A stretch of DNA of 64,000 nucleotides from an uncultured virus (IMG/VR IMGVR_UViG_3300042465_005479) (Duplodnaviria; Heunggongvirae; Uroviricota; Caudoviricetes), in IMG/VR virus record IMGVR_UViG_3300042465_005479. One strand, 5' to 3'. The translations under genes and the position numbers were made by a program. This document shows, one piece after another, positions 27,914 through 37,643 of the stretch. The number at the start of each line of letters is the position of its first letter. The first letter of the stretch is position 1. Below the pieces are notes generated by a model. That model was not told the origin of the DNA. It worked only from the letters and a program-made list of their open reading frames with translations, and searched no databases.

Positions 27914-28378
27914 TTAATGTTTTAAATACTTATCCAACAATTTATAAATGGTTGTTATCATATCTAAATCTGATTTAGTAAATAGTTTTTCATTGTTAAA
28001 TAGGTCCGTAAAAAAGAACCCTATTGAGGATTTTACTTTAGTGTCTTTTTGATTGTAAAATGTCTCCCCAAAAAAAGATTCAAAATAATCAAAGTGTTCA
28101 CCTTTTTTATTAAATTTAATGTTTTCTTTATCAAAATTATCTATGGTTTTATTCCAACACCACTCGAAGTGATTTTTATCATCAGATTCACTTAAAACAA
28201 TTTTAGTTTCGTTAACATCATTCTCACCTAAATAAGTATTTAAAATCAGACTATTGAGTGAATGCGTGAAATCAGAATATAATTCCAATTTTTCAGAAAT
28301 TATATTATTACCTCGGAACCAAACGTCAACGTCTTCCGGTAATAAAGGTTTTGATATGTAGTTAAAAAAATTCTCCAT
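27914..28378 (-). CDS. hypothetical protein
   Basis: 154-aa ORF; start codon lies inside a hairpin. Confidence 0.75.
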   Translation of the reverse strand: MENFFNYISKPLLPEDVDVWFRGNNIISEKLELYSDFTHSLNSLILNTYLGENDVNETKIVLSESDDKNHFEWCWNKTIDNFDKENIKFNKKGEHFDYFESFFGETFYNQKDTKVKSSIGFFFTDLFNNEKLFTKSDLDMITTIYKLLDKYLKH

Positions 28379-28397
28379 AGAGTTCGTCTATGGAGAA
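28364..28397 (-). terminator. 10-bp perfect hairpin plus T7 overlapping a start codon
   Basis: TTCTCCATAG-ACGAACT-CTATGGAGAA-TTTTTTT. Confidence 0.75.
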
Positions 28398-28425
28398 ATT
28401 ATAAGTTAAAATATTTGTTTGTAAA

Positions 28426-29742
28426 TTATTGTGTTTTTCGGTCGTAACTAATTAACGATTTCATTCTGTCAAACTCTTCGTTGATTTGTTTTGTTTTCTT
28501 TTCAGTAGATTCCAATTTAAGGTTAATACCTTTACCACTATCCTCACCTGTCGCATCTTTAATAGGTTGAGCAGATTTTTGATAAGCCATATTTCTTACT
28601 TTAGCAAATTTATTAGCTTTACGTTTGGCATTAATCTTTTTGTTAACATCTGTTTCAACAGCATTACCCCATTCAGAGTTATTACCTGTTTTAGAAGAAC
28701 CTTCAATGTTATTAGTTATTTGTTCTTCATTCGGTTCTATTTGGTCATAGTCTAAATTTTCCATACCAGGACTCATAAAATCATCAATAAATTCTTGACC
28801 CGCATCTGACATAGTATAAGCCTTTTTCTTCATCTTTTCTATTTCACCATTTCCTTTAGGAAACATTTTAGGGTTCATTTCATAATCACCTTTAGAACCA
28901 TCTTTAAGATAATCTTTCATTTTTTTGGTAACCGCTTTAATGTTATCATCATTTTCCTTTCCGGAACCATTGTGAGCTTTTTTATAAACCTCTAATCCTC
29001 TTGGAGAACCTCCAAAACCTTTAATGTTATTTTTTTCCGCAGGGTCTTTAACTTCTTTATTTTTTTGTTCTAACACAATTTTCTCAATTAACCCAACCAT
29101 TTCATTTTCAGTCAATCTATACGATTCTTTAACCGGATATTTTTTACCATCTACTTCAAAAGAATCTTTACCACTTTTTTTAGCGTTAGATAACGCTCCT
29201 GAGAAAGCATTACCTTCTTCCGTTTCTTGTTCTTCCATTCCGTGTGTTGTAGAAATTTTGTTAATTCTTTTAATGGCTTTACTATTTTTTGATTTATTTC
29301 TTAACATTTCAAAGTCTTCAGCATCAATCTTATTGTTTTTGTTTTTATCCAATTTTCTTTGACGACCTTTTAATGCCTCGGTAATATTAATACCTTGACA
29401 CATTTCTTTAGTAACAGGGTCTTCTTTACCAAAATTTTCAATATGGTATCTACAAGTTTTTTCTCTATCTTCGTCAGTGTTTTCTTCATCACCAACAAAG
29501 TCTTCACTTTCTCCAACATAATCAAACTCATCATCTAATGTGTTATCAACATCGTAAATTCCTTCACTCATATCCTCATACATACCACCACATTCATTAC
29601 ATTCACCTTCATACATTTGACCCCCACATTCGCAAACGTCACCTTTAATCTTTGAAACAAGAGTGTCCGCCTTTTCTTCTAAAGTTTCTTTTAAAATTTT
29701 AGACACTAAATTATCTAAATAAGTTGTATTTAATTTTTTCAT
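28426..29742 (-). CDS. putative prohead core / internal head protein
   Basis: Multiple (I/L)xE sites, EF-hand-like DKNKNNKIDAEDF, C-terminal INEEFDRMKSL; TATTTAT 29757-29763. Confidence 0.55.
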   Translation of the reverse strand: MKKLNTTYLDNLVSKILKETLEEKADTLVSKIKGDVCECGGQMYEGECNECGGMYEDMSEGIYDVDNTLDDEFDYVGESEDFVGDEENTDEDREKTCRYHIENFGKEDPVTKEMCQGINITEALKGRQRKLDKNKNNKIDAEDFEMLRNKSKNSKAIKRINKISTTHGMEEQETEEGNAFSGALSNAKKSGKDSFEVDGKKYPVKESYRLTENEMVGLIEKIVLEQKNKEVKDPAEKNNIKGFGGSPRGLEVYKKAHNGSGKENDDNIKAVTKKMKDYLKDGSKGDYEMNPKMFPKGNGEIEKMKKKAYTMSDAGQEFIDDFMSPGMENLDYDQIEPNEEQITNNIEGSSKTGNNSEWGNAVETDVNKKINAKRKANKFAKVRNMAYQKSAQPIKDATGEDSGKGINLKLESTEKKTKQINEEFDRMKSLISYDRKTQ

Positions 29743-29781
29743 TTTTAGTTTTTATTATAAATATATTAGTTTTTAACTTTA

Positions 29782-30540
29782 TTACTTTGAAAAGGTATTT
29801 TCATACTCATAAGCGATAATTGTTTTAATAACATTCTCACTTATATTATGTCTCTCACTAATATTTTGAATAGCTTTCTTAACCTTTTCATTTTCAAATA
29901 TTTTTAGAGCTTTAATATCTCCTTGATTACAATATGGAAATTTTTGACATTTCTTTTTAACTTGAACAAACTTTCCTCCGGGTATTTGTGTCTTAGACTT
30001 TCCTCTCCAATCTTTTTTACTTTGAGATTTAGCCCAAGCGGCGGTAGTTTCATAAGAACCGGAAGAACCTGAACCTGTTGATTCAGTAGCCTCAACTTTT
30101 TTAATATCACCCTCGTCACCTTCTCTTACACAATTAGGGACCATTCGTGTACCTTTCTTTTTCATACCCTTTTGTTCAAAACCTGTCCAACATTTTTCTT
30201 GCATCTCTTGTTTAGTTTCAGAGAATAATGGAGCCTCAAACCCTCCTGCGGAACCTGAACCGGTAGATTCAGATGTTTCACTATCTTCACCCATTATTGG
30301 TAGTCCCATTGTTAATTTACCTGTTGGTGTTTTAAGTTTACTCTTACCCACTAATTTGCCGATATCAACCTTTTTCATTGGTTTTTTAATTATTTTATTA
30401 TTATTTTCCGGGATTTCATTTTTAAATTCGTTAGCTGCAACCGCCGCATCAATACCACCACTAGTAATTGTAGACAATTTTCCCATTTCAGTTGACATAG
30501 CGCTTTTCAAATCAGTCCCAATACTTTCTTTTAGTCTCAT
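29782..30540 (-). CDS. putative internal head protein
   Basis: CWTGFEQKGMKKKGTRMVPNCV motif; two ESTGSGS repeats. Confidence 0.55.
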   Translation of the reverse strand: MRLKESIGTDLKSAMSTEMGKLSTITSGGIDAAVAANEFKNEIPENNNKIIKKPMKKVDIGKLVGKSKLKTPTGKLTMGLPIMGEDSETSESTGSGSAGGFEAPLFSETKQEMQEKCWTGFEQKGMKKKGTRMVPNCVREGDEGDIKKVEATESTGSGSSGSYETTAAWAKSQSKKDWRGKSKTQIPGGKFVQVKKKCQKFPYCNQGDIKALKIFENEKVKKAIQNISERHNISENVIKTIIAYEYENTFSK

Positions 30541-30543
30541 ATG

Positions 30544-30789
30544 TTATGCGTTTTTAAGTCTTGGTTCCCAATAACTTCTATTCATCCACATAAATTGGTA
30601 GAACTCACGGAACATTCTTAATGTAATATCTTTAACATCCCCCTCAAGTTTACCTCGTTTAAGTTCTTTGGAAATAACATCTATTAGTTTATTTTCATAT
30701 TGTTGCATAGTATTACTCCCAAAGAAATCTTTAATTTCTTTACGAACTAACGTTTCAATCTCCTTTTTATCTGTTGTAGTTAGTGACAT
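30544..30789 (-). CDS. hypothetical protein
   Basis: 81-aa ORF in operon. Confidence 0.7.
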   Translation of the reverse strand: MSLTTTDKKEIETLVRKEIKDFFGSNTMQQYENKLIDVISKELKRGKLEGDVKDITLRMFREFYQFMWMNRSYWEPRLKNA

Positions 30790-30790
30790 A

Positions 30791-31231
30791 TTATCTTACA
30801 ATTAATAAATACGAAGTTGTTAATATACCAACAAATGTTCCCACTTTGTATAAAAAAGTTTTAACCCTCATTTGTTTTATTTCTTTTTTCAAATCATTAG
30901 TCATATTTCTAAATTCATCAACCTGTAATCCTTGTTGACTAATAATAAATTGATTATTCTTATCTTTGGATTCTAATAAAGAAATGATAGTATCCTTTTG
31001 AGATTCTCTAGATTCTAACTTTATAACTTTTTCTTGAGTTAATTTTAACTCTAATTCACAACCTTCACCTCTAACAATATCTTTTATCGCTAGTCTAGCT
31101 GTCGATGGTTTTAACTTAACTCTTGTTGTATCACTAATTACCTGATTTTGGGGTTGGTTGTTCGTATTTGTTTGTGAAAAACAACTCAAGCTCACTGTCA
31201 GGAATATTATCAACGTTATTAACTTTCTCAT
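30791..31231 (-). CDS. exported coiled-coil protein, possible spanin component
   Basis: Signal-peptide-like N-terminus with Cys, coiled coil, C-terminal hydrophobic helix; overlaps upstream gene. Confidence 0.5.
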   Translation of the reverse strand: MRKLITLIIFLTVSLSCFSQTNTNNQPQNQVISDTTRVKLKPSTARLAIKDIVRGEGCELELKLTQEKVIKLESRESQKDTIISLLESKDKNNQFIISQQGLQVDEFRNMTNDLKKEIKQMRVKTFLYKVGTFVGILTTSYLLIVR

Positions 31232-31505
31232 TTGTTTGTTTTTTAATTACTGTTATGTTTTTATCAATGTGATGGATTTCATTACTGATAGTTGTTACAT
31301 TTTCTTTTACCTCACCAATTTTAGTGTTAATTTGTTTATTAACAACTTGTGAGGAATCAATTTTTGTTTGGATATTTTCAATTTTTTTCCCATAACCTTT
31401 AACATCCGTTTTTATTGTATTGGTTGTGAAAATATTCCACCCTACCAAACAGGCAATAATTACCAATAAAATAATACCATCTTTATTTTTACTAATATCT
31501 TCCAT
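31134..31505 (-). CDS. TM plus coiled-coil protein, possible i-spanin
   Basis: N-terminal TM followed by heptads. Confidence 0.5.
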   Translation of the reverse strand: MEDISKNKDGIILLVIIACLVGWNIFTTNTIKTDVKGYGKKIENIQTKIDSSQVVNKQINTKIGEVKENVTTISNEIHHIDKNITVIKKQTNEKVNNVDNIPDSELELFFTNKYEQPTPKSGN

Positions 31506-32122
31506 TATTCTTCAGTTTTAATTGTTTTCTTTCTTGATGATAATACAGCCGCCCATTTTGATTTGAATTTCTCGTAATAAGTTTTTAATTTAGTAATTAA
31601 CGCGATGAATTCATTATCAGCGTTTAACATTTCTCCATTGATGTAAACACCATTTTCTTCACCTATCGAAAAGAAAAATTCAATATCAAATTCAATAAGT
31701 TTCCCGGACCATTCAACATTATTGGAATATACGTTTAATTTATTAAAATCAACCATATCAGAAACGTTAGAAACAAACTCATCCATTGTTTCTTGAAACG
31801 CTATCTTCTCATCTGTCGTTAACTCTAAATCTGTTTGTTCTTTTCCGTGTAAAACCAATAATCCACCGGAAATTCTATACGCTTGCTTTTTATCATCCTC
31901 AGATTCAAGTTCTTCTTCAGTATCAGCGGTATCATAATCAATTTTGTCCTCAACAGATTTAGTCACATTAACTTTTGATGTAACATTATTATCTGTCAAA
32001 TCAACACCCTGTTCTGTCAATAACCCATATTGTCTACGGATATCTTCATTTACATTATTATCCCCCAATAATCTTCGAGAAACATTTAATAATTGTTTAA
32101 TTTCGTCGTGTGAATTATTCAT
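31505..32122 (-). CDS. hypothetical late protein
   Basis: DIRRQYGLLTEQ resembles DIRSRYGLVNEQ of the 11727 gene. Confidence 0.7.
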   Translation of the reverse strand: MNNSHDEIKQLLNVSRRLLGDNNVNEDIRRQYGLLTEQGVDLTDNNVTSKVNVTKSVEDKIDYDTADTEEELESEDDKKQAYRISGGLLVLHGKEQTDLELTTDEKIAFQETMDEFVSNVSDMVDFNKLNVYSNNVEWSGKLIEFDIEFFFSIGEENGVYINGEMLNADNEFIALITKLKTYYEKFKSKWAAVLSSRKKTIKTEE

Positions 32123-32711
32123 TTTCTATTTTTTTTAAAAGTTCATTAAATTTAAATGCCGGACTAACATCGGTATAATCAACACCAAAATTACTTTTAG
32201 TTACAATCCCACAATATTTTTCAATCCCGCTTATTTTTGTGTTATGTTCAACAATTTGTGATTTAATCTTTACACTTTCAAACAATTCCTTACATAATAA
32301 CCCAAGATTATCAACTTGAGTTTCAGTATATGGTTGCCAAAAAAAGTAATCTCTCCACTTTTTTTCAAACACGCTACCCTTATAAATATCCCCAATCCAG
32401 TTAATGTAATGGTCAGTTAGTGGTTCTTTTTGTAACCACCCTAAATTTTCTAATGATATGATAATTGAATTACGATTTATATTGGGGTCTTTGAAGTATT
32501 CCGAGTGTTCGGTGTTTCCCAATAATTGTATAATTTTACCCTCCCGGGTAATAATGTAGTTAGGAATTCTTTTAAAACCCCCGTTAAAACGAAACTTCAA
32601 CGACTGAAGATAGTCGTTGATGTTTCTTGATGTGTGTGTAAGTATTATTTGGTGTTTCTTTTTTTGTTTTCCAACAGGTTTGAATTCACCATATTTAATT
32701 ATGTCTATCAT
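32115..32711 (-). CDS. N-acetylmuramoyl-L-alanine amidase (Amidase_2-like), putative endolysin
   Basis: IILTHT, YIITREGKI, NRNSIII.LEN, YTETQV..L, TDVSP. Confidence 0.7.
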   Translation of the reverse strand: MIDIIKYGEFKPVGKQKKKHQIILTHTSRNINDYLQSLKFRFNGGFKRIPNYIITREGKIIQLLGNTEHSEYFKDPNINRNSIIISLENLGWLQKEPLTDHYINWIGDIYKGSVFEKKWRDYFFWQPYTETQVDNLGLLCKELFESVKIKSQIVEHNTKISGIEKYCGIVTKSNFGVDYTDVSPAFKFNELLKKIENE

Positions 32712-32729
32712 TCCATATAGATTAATGTT

Positions 32730-33491
32730 TTATGGTTTAACGTAACTTAACCTATTTGGACGTGGTGGTTCGTGTGTGTCCATTCCCGGACTAACATATT
32801 CATCTTTTATATCAATAGATTCTGATTGATAAACTGGAATTTCAACTATTTTCTCAACCTCAACTATTTTCTCAACCTCAACTATTTTTTCAACCTCAAC
32901 AATTTTTTCAACCTCAACAATTTTTTCAACCTCAACAATTTTTTCAACTTCTACCGGAACTTCTTTAATTACCTCTTTTTCTACAATAACTTCTTTAATT
33001 ATCTCTTTTACCTCTTCCTTATCAGTTTTACCATCATCGTATTTGGTGAAGAAATGTAAAGAAGTCAATGAAATAATTGGAAGTAACCCACCTTCTAAAA
33101 ACGCTAACCATCTTTTCATCGTAATAACATCATTAGCTTTTGAACCTAACATTTCCCATACCGGTCCGGTTAATTCCATCCAAGATTTAAATAATTCACC
33201 TGTTTCATCAATTTCTTTATAACAGAAAAAGATATTACCAATCATTTGGATGAATGTTATTAATCCAAACATAAACCACACACCACCTTTAATTTTGTTG
33301 GTAGCGGCAACCAATGCTGTCATAGCACCAATCTCAATAGCTATCGATAAGTAAATTGCCCAACTTATTGGGTTGGCTAAATTATACCAAGAAACAACGT
33401 GTGATATTGATATTCCCGCAACCAATAAAATTGGGACTAAGAACATTGCTCTATTTGGGTGTTCAATAACCCAATTCCATATTTTCTTCAT
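32730..33491 (-). CDS. multi-TM membrane protein with VEKIVE repeats
   Basis: About 4 TM helices, then tandem EKIVEV. Confidence 0.75.
   Translation of the reverse strand: MKKIWNWVIEHPNRAMFLVPILLVAGISISHVVSWYNLANPISWAIYLSIAIEIGAMTALVAATNKIKGGVWFMFGLITFIQMIGNIFFCYKEIDETGELFKSWMELTGPVWEMLGSKANDVITMKRWLAFLEGGLLPIISLTSLHFFTKYDDGKTDKEEVKEIIKEVIVEKEVIKEVPVEVEKIVEVEKIVEVEKIVEVEKIVEVEKIVEVEKIVEIPVYQSESIDIKDEYVSPGMDTHEPPRPNRLSYVKP
32841..32951. repeat. 18-bp tandem repeat (~6 copies) encoding VEKIVE
   Basis: tcaacctcaac(a/t)att(t)tt units. Confidence 0.9.
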
Positions 33492-33784
33492 TATTTTTCT
33501 AATTTAGATATTTCTTGGTCAATCTCAGTTTGTCTATTAACATCTAATATTTTTCTATCTGACGCTTGAATAGCTCTTTTCTCTGATTTAAGACCTTCAA
33601 TCTTTATTTCTTTAATAAGTTTAACCGATAATGAATCAACACTATCGTTAACATTTTGAATTTTTGTGTTAGTTGTACAGGTTTTGAAGAAAATGATTAC
33701 CACAAGTAAAAACATTATTCTAACACCCCAAGCATCAATAAAATTTAATATTGCTTTCATAATTTTTTGTATTAGTTTTATCAT
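33491..33784 (-). CDS. TM plus coiled-coil protein
   Basis: Single TM helix; TATTTAT 33809-33815. Confidence 0.7.
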   Translation of the reverse strand: MIKLIQKIMKAILNFIDAWGVRIMFLLVVIIFFKTCTTNTKIQNVNDSVDSLSVKLIKEIKIEGLKSEKRAIQASDRKILDVNRQTEIDQEISKLEK

Positions 33785-33831
33785 AAAAGTAAAAAACCTT
33801 CTATCATAATAAATAGAAGGTTGTAAAGTTT

Positions 33832-34632
33832 TTACATATAATCGTATAATATTGAACTATCATTCCTTAATTTCCGTAAGGCTTTCTCTTTAATTTGTCT
33901 AACACGTTCTTTTGTTAGGTTAAAGTCACCACCAATGTCTTCAAGAGTTCTTGGTGTCCCGGTAAGCCCATAATAGTCTCCCACAATAACTTTTTCTCTA
34001 TCATCCAAAACATTCAACAGTGAATGTAATTGTCTTTTTAATTCATCCTTGGTATCAAAAACTTCGTCAGGCATATCTGCTTGGTCGTTTCTAACAATAT
34101 CAACAAGAGTGTCCCCATCTTCATTAATACTCATATCTAACCAAACCATTGATGGTAGATTTTGAAACTTGTCCTCCAACTTACCACCGTTGGATTCAAT
34201 CGCTTTCTTGGCTCTATGTAAATCCTGAACCACATTAACAGGTAGTCGGATGGTTCTCGCATTATCATTTAATGACTGAAGGATTGATTGTTTAACCCAC
34301 CATACCGCGTAAGATATAAATCTAAGGTTCTTAGACCAATCAAAATTTTGGATGGCTTTCATTAATCCTAAATTACCCTCAGCAATTAAGTCAGGAAAGT
34401 CTAATCCTTGATTTTGATATTGTTTTGCCACGGTAATAACAAAACGTAAGTTACCTTCCAATAGTTCTTGGTTTACCTCATCAATCTCCCTTGGGGATAA
34501 AGTACCGGATGTAATCATCTTAGATAATTCTTTCTCTCTTTCCGGTGTCATTACCTTAATTTTACGGATGTCCTTTAAATACAGGTTTATTTCTTCTTGA
34601 TTAATTGGAATACCTGAGCTCTTTTCTTTCAT
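33832..34632 (-). CDS. rpoD: RNA polymerase sigma-70 factor, Bacteroidota RpoD-like
   Basis: NLRFVITVAKQYQNQG, DLIAEGNLGL, FISYAVWW, TLEDIG..FNLTKERVRQIKEKALRKL; no region 1.1. Confidence 0.9.
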   Translation of the reverse strand: MKEKSSGIPINQEEINLYLKDIRKIKVMTPEREKELSKMITSGTLSPREIDEVNQELLEGNLRFVITVAKQYQNQGLDFPDLIAEGNLGLMKAIQNFDWSKNLRFISYAVWWVKQSILQSLNDNARTIRLPVNVVQDLHRAKKAIESNGGKLEDKFQNLPSMVWLDMSINEDGDTLVDIVRNDQADMPDEVFDTKDELKRQLHSLLNVLDDREKVIVGDYYGLTGTPRTLEDIGGDFNLTKERVRQIKEKALRKLRNDSSILYDYM

Positions 34633-34633
34633 A

Positions 34634-35203
34634 TTAATTTGAGTATTTGTTTAATTGTGTTAATTCTTTTTCTGTTAGCGAATTTAAACCTTTTTCTTTA
34701 ATTTTATCTAACAATTGGTCTAAAGATGGATTACGTGTTTTATTTTTAATTTTTTCAATATCATCTTCCTCATCGTAATCAAAGTCAAAGTCGTCAATGT
34801 TTAACATAAAACTTTCTTTAATCTCATCTTGTATCATTTTTCGCACCTCAAATTCAGTTTTATCAGAAAGTTTAGATTTTTCTGACATAAAGTCACTAAT
34901 CCCATCGTTAAAAAGGTGTTCGGATATTTTTTTAGGTAAACCATATGACAAATTGTCAGACGTATAAGGTAGTAAGACATACATAATGTCCCCTACACCT
35001 AAAATCATATCAATGTAGTCTTTCACATCCTGATGAGAATCCAATGTTGAGATTGTGAACACAGACGATTCCGGTCCAAAATAAAAATTAAGATTTGGTG
35101 TGTCAGAAATAACACACAATTCTTCCGCGATTTGTTCTGTAAATTCTTTTGGGTTGTCGTTTTTTGCAAAGACAAATAAAATGTATTTGGTTAAACCATT
35201 CAT
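34634..35203 (-). CDS. hypothetical protein with C-terminal DUF6576-like motif
   Basis: LDQLLDKIKEKGLNSLTEKE. Confidence 0.7.
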   Translation of the reverse strand: MNGLTKYILFVFAKNDNPKEFTEQIAEELCVISDTPNLNFYFGPESSVFTISTLDSHQDVKDYIDMILGVGDIMYVLLPYTSDNLSYGLPKKISEHLFNDGISDFMSEKSKLSDKTEFEVRKMIQDEIKESFMLNIDDFDFDYDEEDDIEKIKNKTRNPSLDQLLDKIKEKGLNSLTEKELTQLNKYSN

Positions 35204-35234
35204 ACTTTATACGTTTAAGTTATGTATTATGTTA

Positions 35235-35265
35235 CAAAGATAATAATAAAATTATGTTTCCCAAA
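35235..35265 (-). promoter_or_regulatory. Bacteroidota-type promoter TTTG-N19-TATCTTTG
   Basis: Exact consensus; upstream of the sigma-factor operon. Confidence 0.85.
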
Positions 35266-35268
35266 CTT

Positions 35269-37638
35269 TTATTGGGAAACATAACTAATATTTTCTTCTT
35301 TTCTAATTCTCACTACATTATCCGCCCAATTTGTTACTAATGGGTTGTGTGTGATTACAAATATTTTCTCAAAATATTCTTTAATCTTATTAAAGAATTC
35401 TGACACCATCTCCAAGTTGTCGTTGGACATCTTTCCGAACACCTCATCAAATACAACAACATTTGCTCTTGGTAATGAACATATCTTACTCAACACGGCT
35501 CTCAACGCTAGTGAAGCGATACTTCTCTCATACCCGGAACCGGATGCCATCGGTTTCTCAACCTGAGTGTTGTTGTCTATCATAAGGAAGTCAACCTCAT
35601 TCTTATCATTAATCTTAACCTCTAATCTAAAGTGACAACTATCTTCCAATAGTCTTTGAAGTTCGCTATTAATAAGTGGCATCATCGTCTTCATTATAAG
35701 TTTGGTCACACCATTCTTACCAAAGATTTCCAAATAGATTTTGTAGACTCTTTCTCTCTCCGCCTCTTCCGCAATCTTTCTAATTGTTTCCAAGTTAGAA
35801 GTTATCTTGGTAGTCAGGTTAGTCATTGTAAACTTATTGTTTGAGATACTAGTTTCAATAGTTTTCTTCTCACCCTCAAGTTCATCAATTCTAATCCCCG
35901 CTTTAATTAACAATCCATCTGTCTTGTTGTTTTCAATAATCTTATCCTGAACTTCAGAGTATCTTTCCAATTTGGTTTTTAACGCATCAATCATCAATTG
36001 GAAACGTTCTACACTTAATTCATATTTCTCTTTGATAAGTTTGTTTTTCTCATACTCATCAAACTCTTTTTTAAGATTAACAAAACTTAACTCTTTGATG
36101 GTTAAATCCTGCATTAACCCCTCTAATTCGACTTTGTGCGTGATAAAACCGGCAAGTCCACCAATTTTTGCGTTGGTAATTGCCGCATTCATTAGTTCAA
36201 TACCACAATGTTCACATTTGATTCCACCATCAACCGAACTCTTAAGTTCTTCAATATTTTTAATCTTGGCGTTGTTCTCCGCTTGTTTGGTAATCAAGTC
36301 CTTAATCTCTTGTTTTACCTCATCGTGTTTATCCTCGTGATAAAATTTGGATGGTTCAACAACCTTAACCCCATCTCTGTCAGAAATGGCTTTGGATTTC
36401 TGTAGGTCCAACCCATTAATTTCCTCTTGGACTTTATCCGGTGATACCAATGTTAAATCTCTATCAATATTGTGTTTGGATTTTAACAATCCATCACGAT
36501 ACTCCTGACCCTTAAGGATTCTTGCTTTAGCATCTTCCAATTGAGTATCTAACGTAAGATTACTCTCCGTTAGAGTATCAATCGTTTCTTGACTAGTTTG
36601 GTTATCTGTTTTAAGTTCTTCAGAGTTATAGATGTTTGATAACATTCCTTTGGAGAAGTCACTATAAATTTCTTTGGCAGCTTCTTCCTTTCGTTTAAGA
36701 AAATCCAACCCCATAAACCTTGAAAGAACTTGACCCCTCGCCGTAGGTTTGGCATCTATTAGTTCTTCCAAGTTGGTGGCAGTTGTTAGGATGGTCATTA
36801 AGAAGTCCTCTTTGGTCCCGATAGATGTTTTGATAAACGCCTCGGTCTCTCTTCGTTGTTCTCCGGTGAAGTTCTGCAAACTACCATCAGACAATCTTTT
36901 ATAGAAGTCCAACTCGGTCTTAACCGTCCATTCATTTTTCTTTGATAACTTTCTCTCAATATTTCTCAATATGATATACTCCTCACCATCGATTGTAATC
37001 TCACCTTTTACGGCGACTTTGTTTCTCTCTGTAAACCTGTTGAATATTTCCTCCGCCTTTGATGTCTTGGTTGTCTCATTAAAGAATAAGAACATAAGTA
37101 AATCAACAGTAAGAACTGTCTTACCCCCAAAGTTAGGTGGGTTTGACTCCACAACCGTAATCCCATCACACTTCTCAAAATCTATCTTCTGATTCTCACC
37201 ATAGGATAAAAAGTTTGAGAACTCAATGTTTTTGATATACCATCTCTTAAACGGAGTGGCATCGGTTTGGTCCTGTAACAATTTGTTATCCACAATACTA
37301 TTAAGTTGGTAGATATCATCGTAGTGTTCCATATTCCCTTTTGACTCCAAGAATGAACGAACTAACTCTAATTGATAGTTCTCATCCAAGATGTTAAAGG
37401 ATATGTCTACGGTATGTGTGGTGTCGTCAGCAACCTTTGTCTTTGTAATAACATTAACATTGGTTGTGTTGTACTTTTTTTGAAAGTAATGACGAACACT
37501 TTTTATTTTTTCTTGTGTAAAGTTTTCAGCATAGTCCTCCCATACAATCTGTAGGTAAGGATTATCAAAACTTGTGATATCTAAATCTTTTATCATTATT
37601 GTGTAATTAAATTCTATTTGGGGATTGAATAAATCCAT
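35269..37638 (-). CDS. sbcC: SbcC/Rad50/gp46-like ATPase
   Basis: FSNFLSYG, GGKT Walker A, CEHC hook, SGYE signature, VVFDE Walker B, ITH. Confidence 0.9.
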   Translation of the reverse strand: MDLFNPQIEFNYTIMIKDLDITSFDNPYLQIVWEDYAENFTQEKIKSVRHYFQKKYNTTNVNVITKTKVADDTTHTVDISFNILDENYQLELVRSFLESKGNMEHYDDIYQLNSIVDNKLLQDQTDATPFKRWYIKNIEFSNFLSYGENQKIDFEKCDGITVVESNPPNFGGKTVLTVDLLMFLFFNETTKTSKAEEIFNRFTERNKVAVKGEITIDGEEYIILRNIERKLSKKNEWTVKTELDFYKRLSDGSLQNFTGEQRRETEAFIKTSIGTKEDFLMTILTTATNLEELIDAKPTARGQVLSRFMGLDFLKRKEEAAKEIYSDFSKGMLSNIYNSEELKTDNQTSQETIDTLTESNLTLDTQLEDAKARILKGQEYRDGLLKSKHNIDRDLTLVSPDKVQEEINGLDLQKSKAISDRDGVKVVEPSKFYHEDKHDEVKQEIKDLITKQAENNAKIKNIEELKSSVDGGIKCEHCGIELMNAAITNAKIGGLAGFITHKVELEGLMQDLTIKELSFVNLKKEFDEYEKNKLIKEKYELSVERFQLMIDALKTKLERYSEVQDKIIENNKTDGLLIKAGIRIDELEGEKKTIETSISNNKFTMTNLTTKITSNLETIRKIAEEAERERVYKIYLEIFGKNGVTKLIMKTMMPLINSELQRLLEDSCHFRLEVKINDKNEVDFLMIDNNTQVEKPMASGSGYERSIASLALRAVLSKICSLPRANVVVFDEVFGKMSNDNLEMVSEFFNKIKEYFEKIFVITHNPLVTNWADNVVRIRKEENISYVSQ

Positions 37639-37643
37639 TTGTT

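Noticed and set aside
35345..37554. Several plus-strand ORFs inside the Rad50-like gene, and similar ones inside the LRR, DnaJ and MTase genes
   Set aside because: Antisense to well-supported genes, with no motifs or promoters
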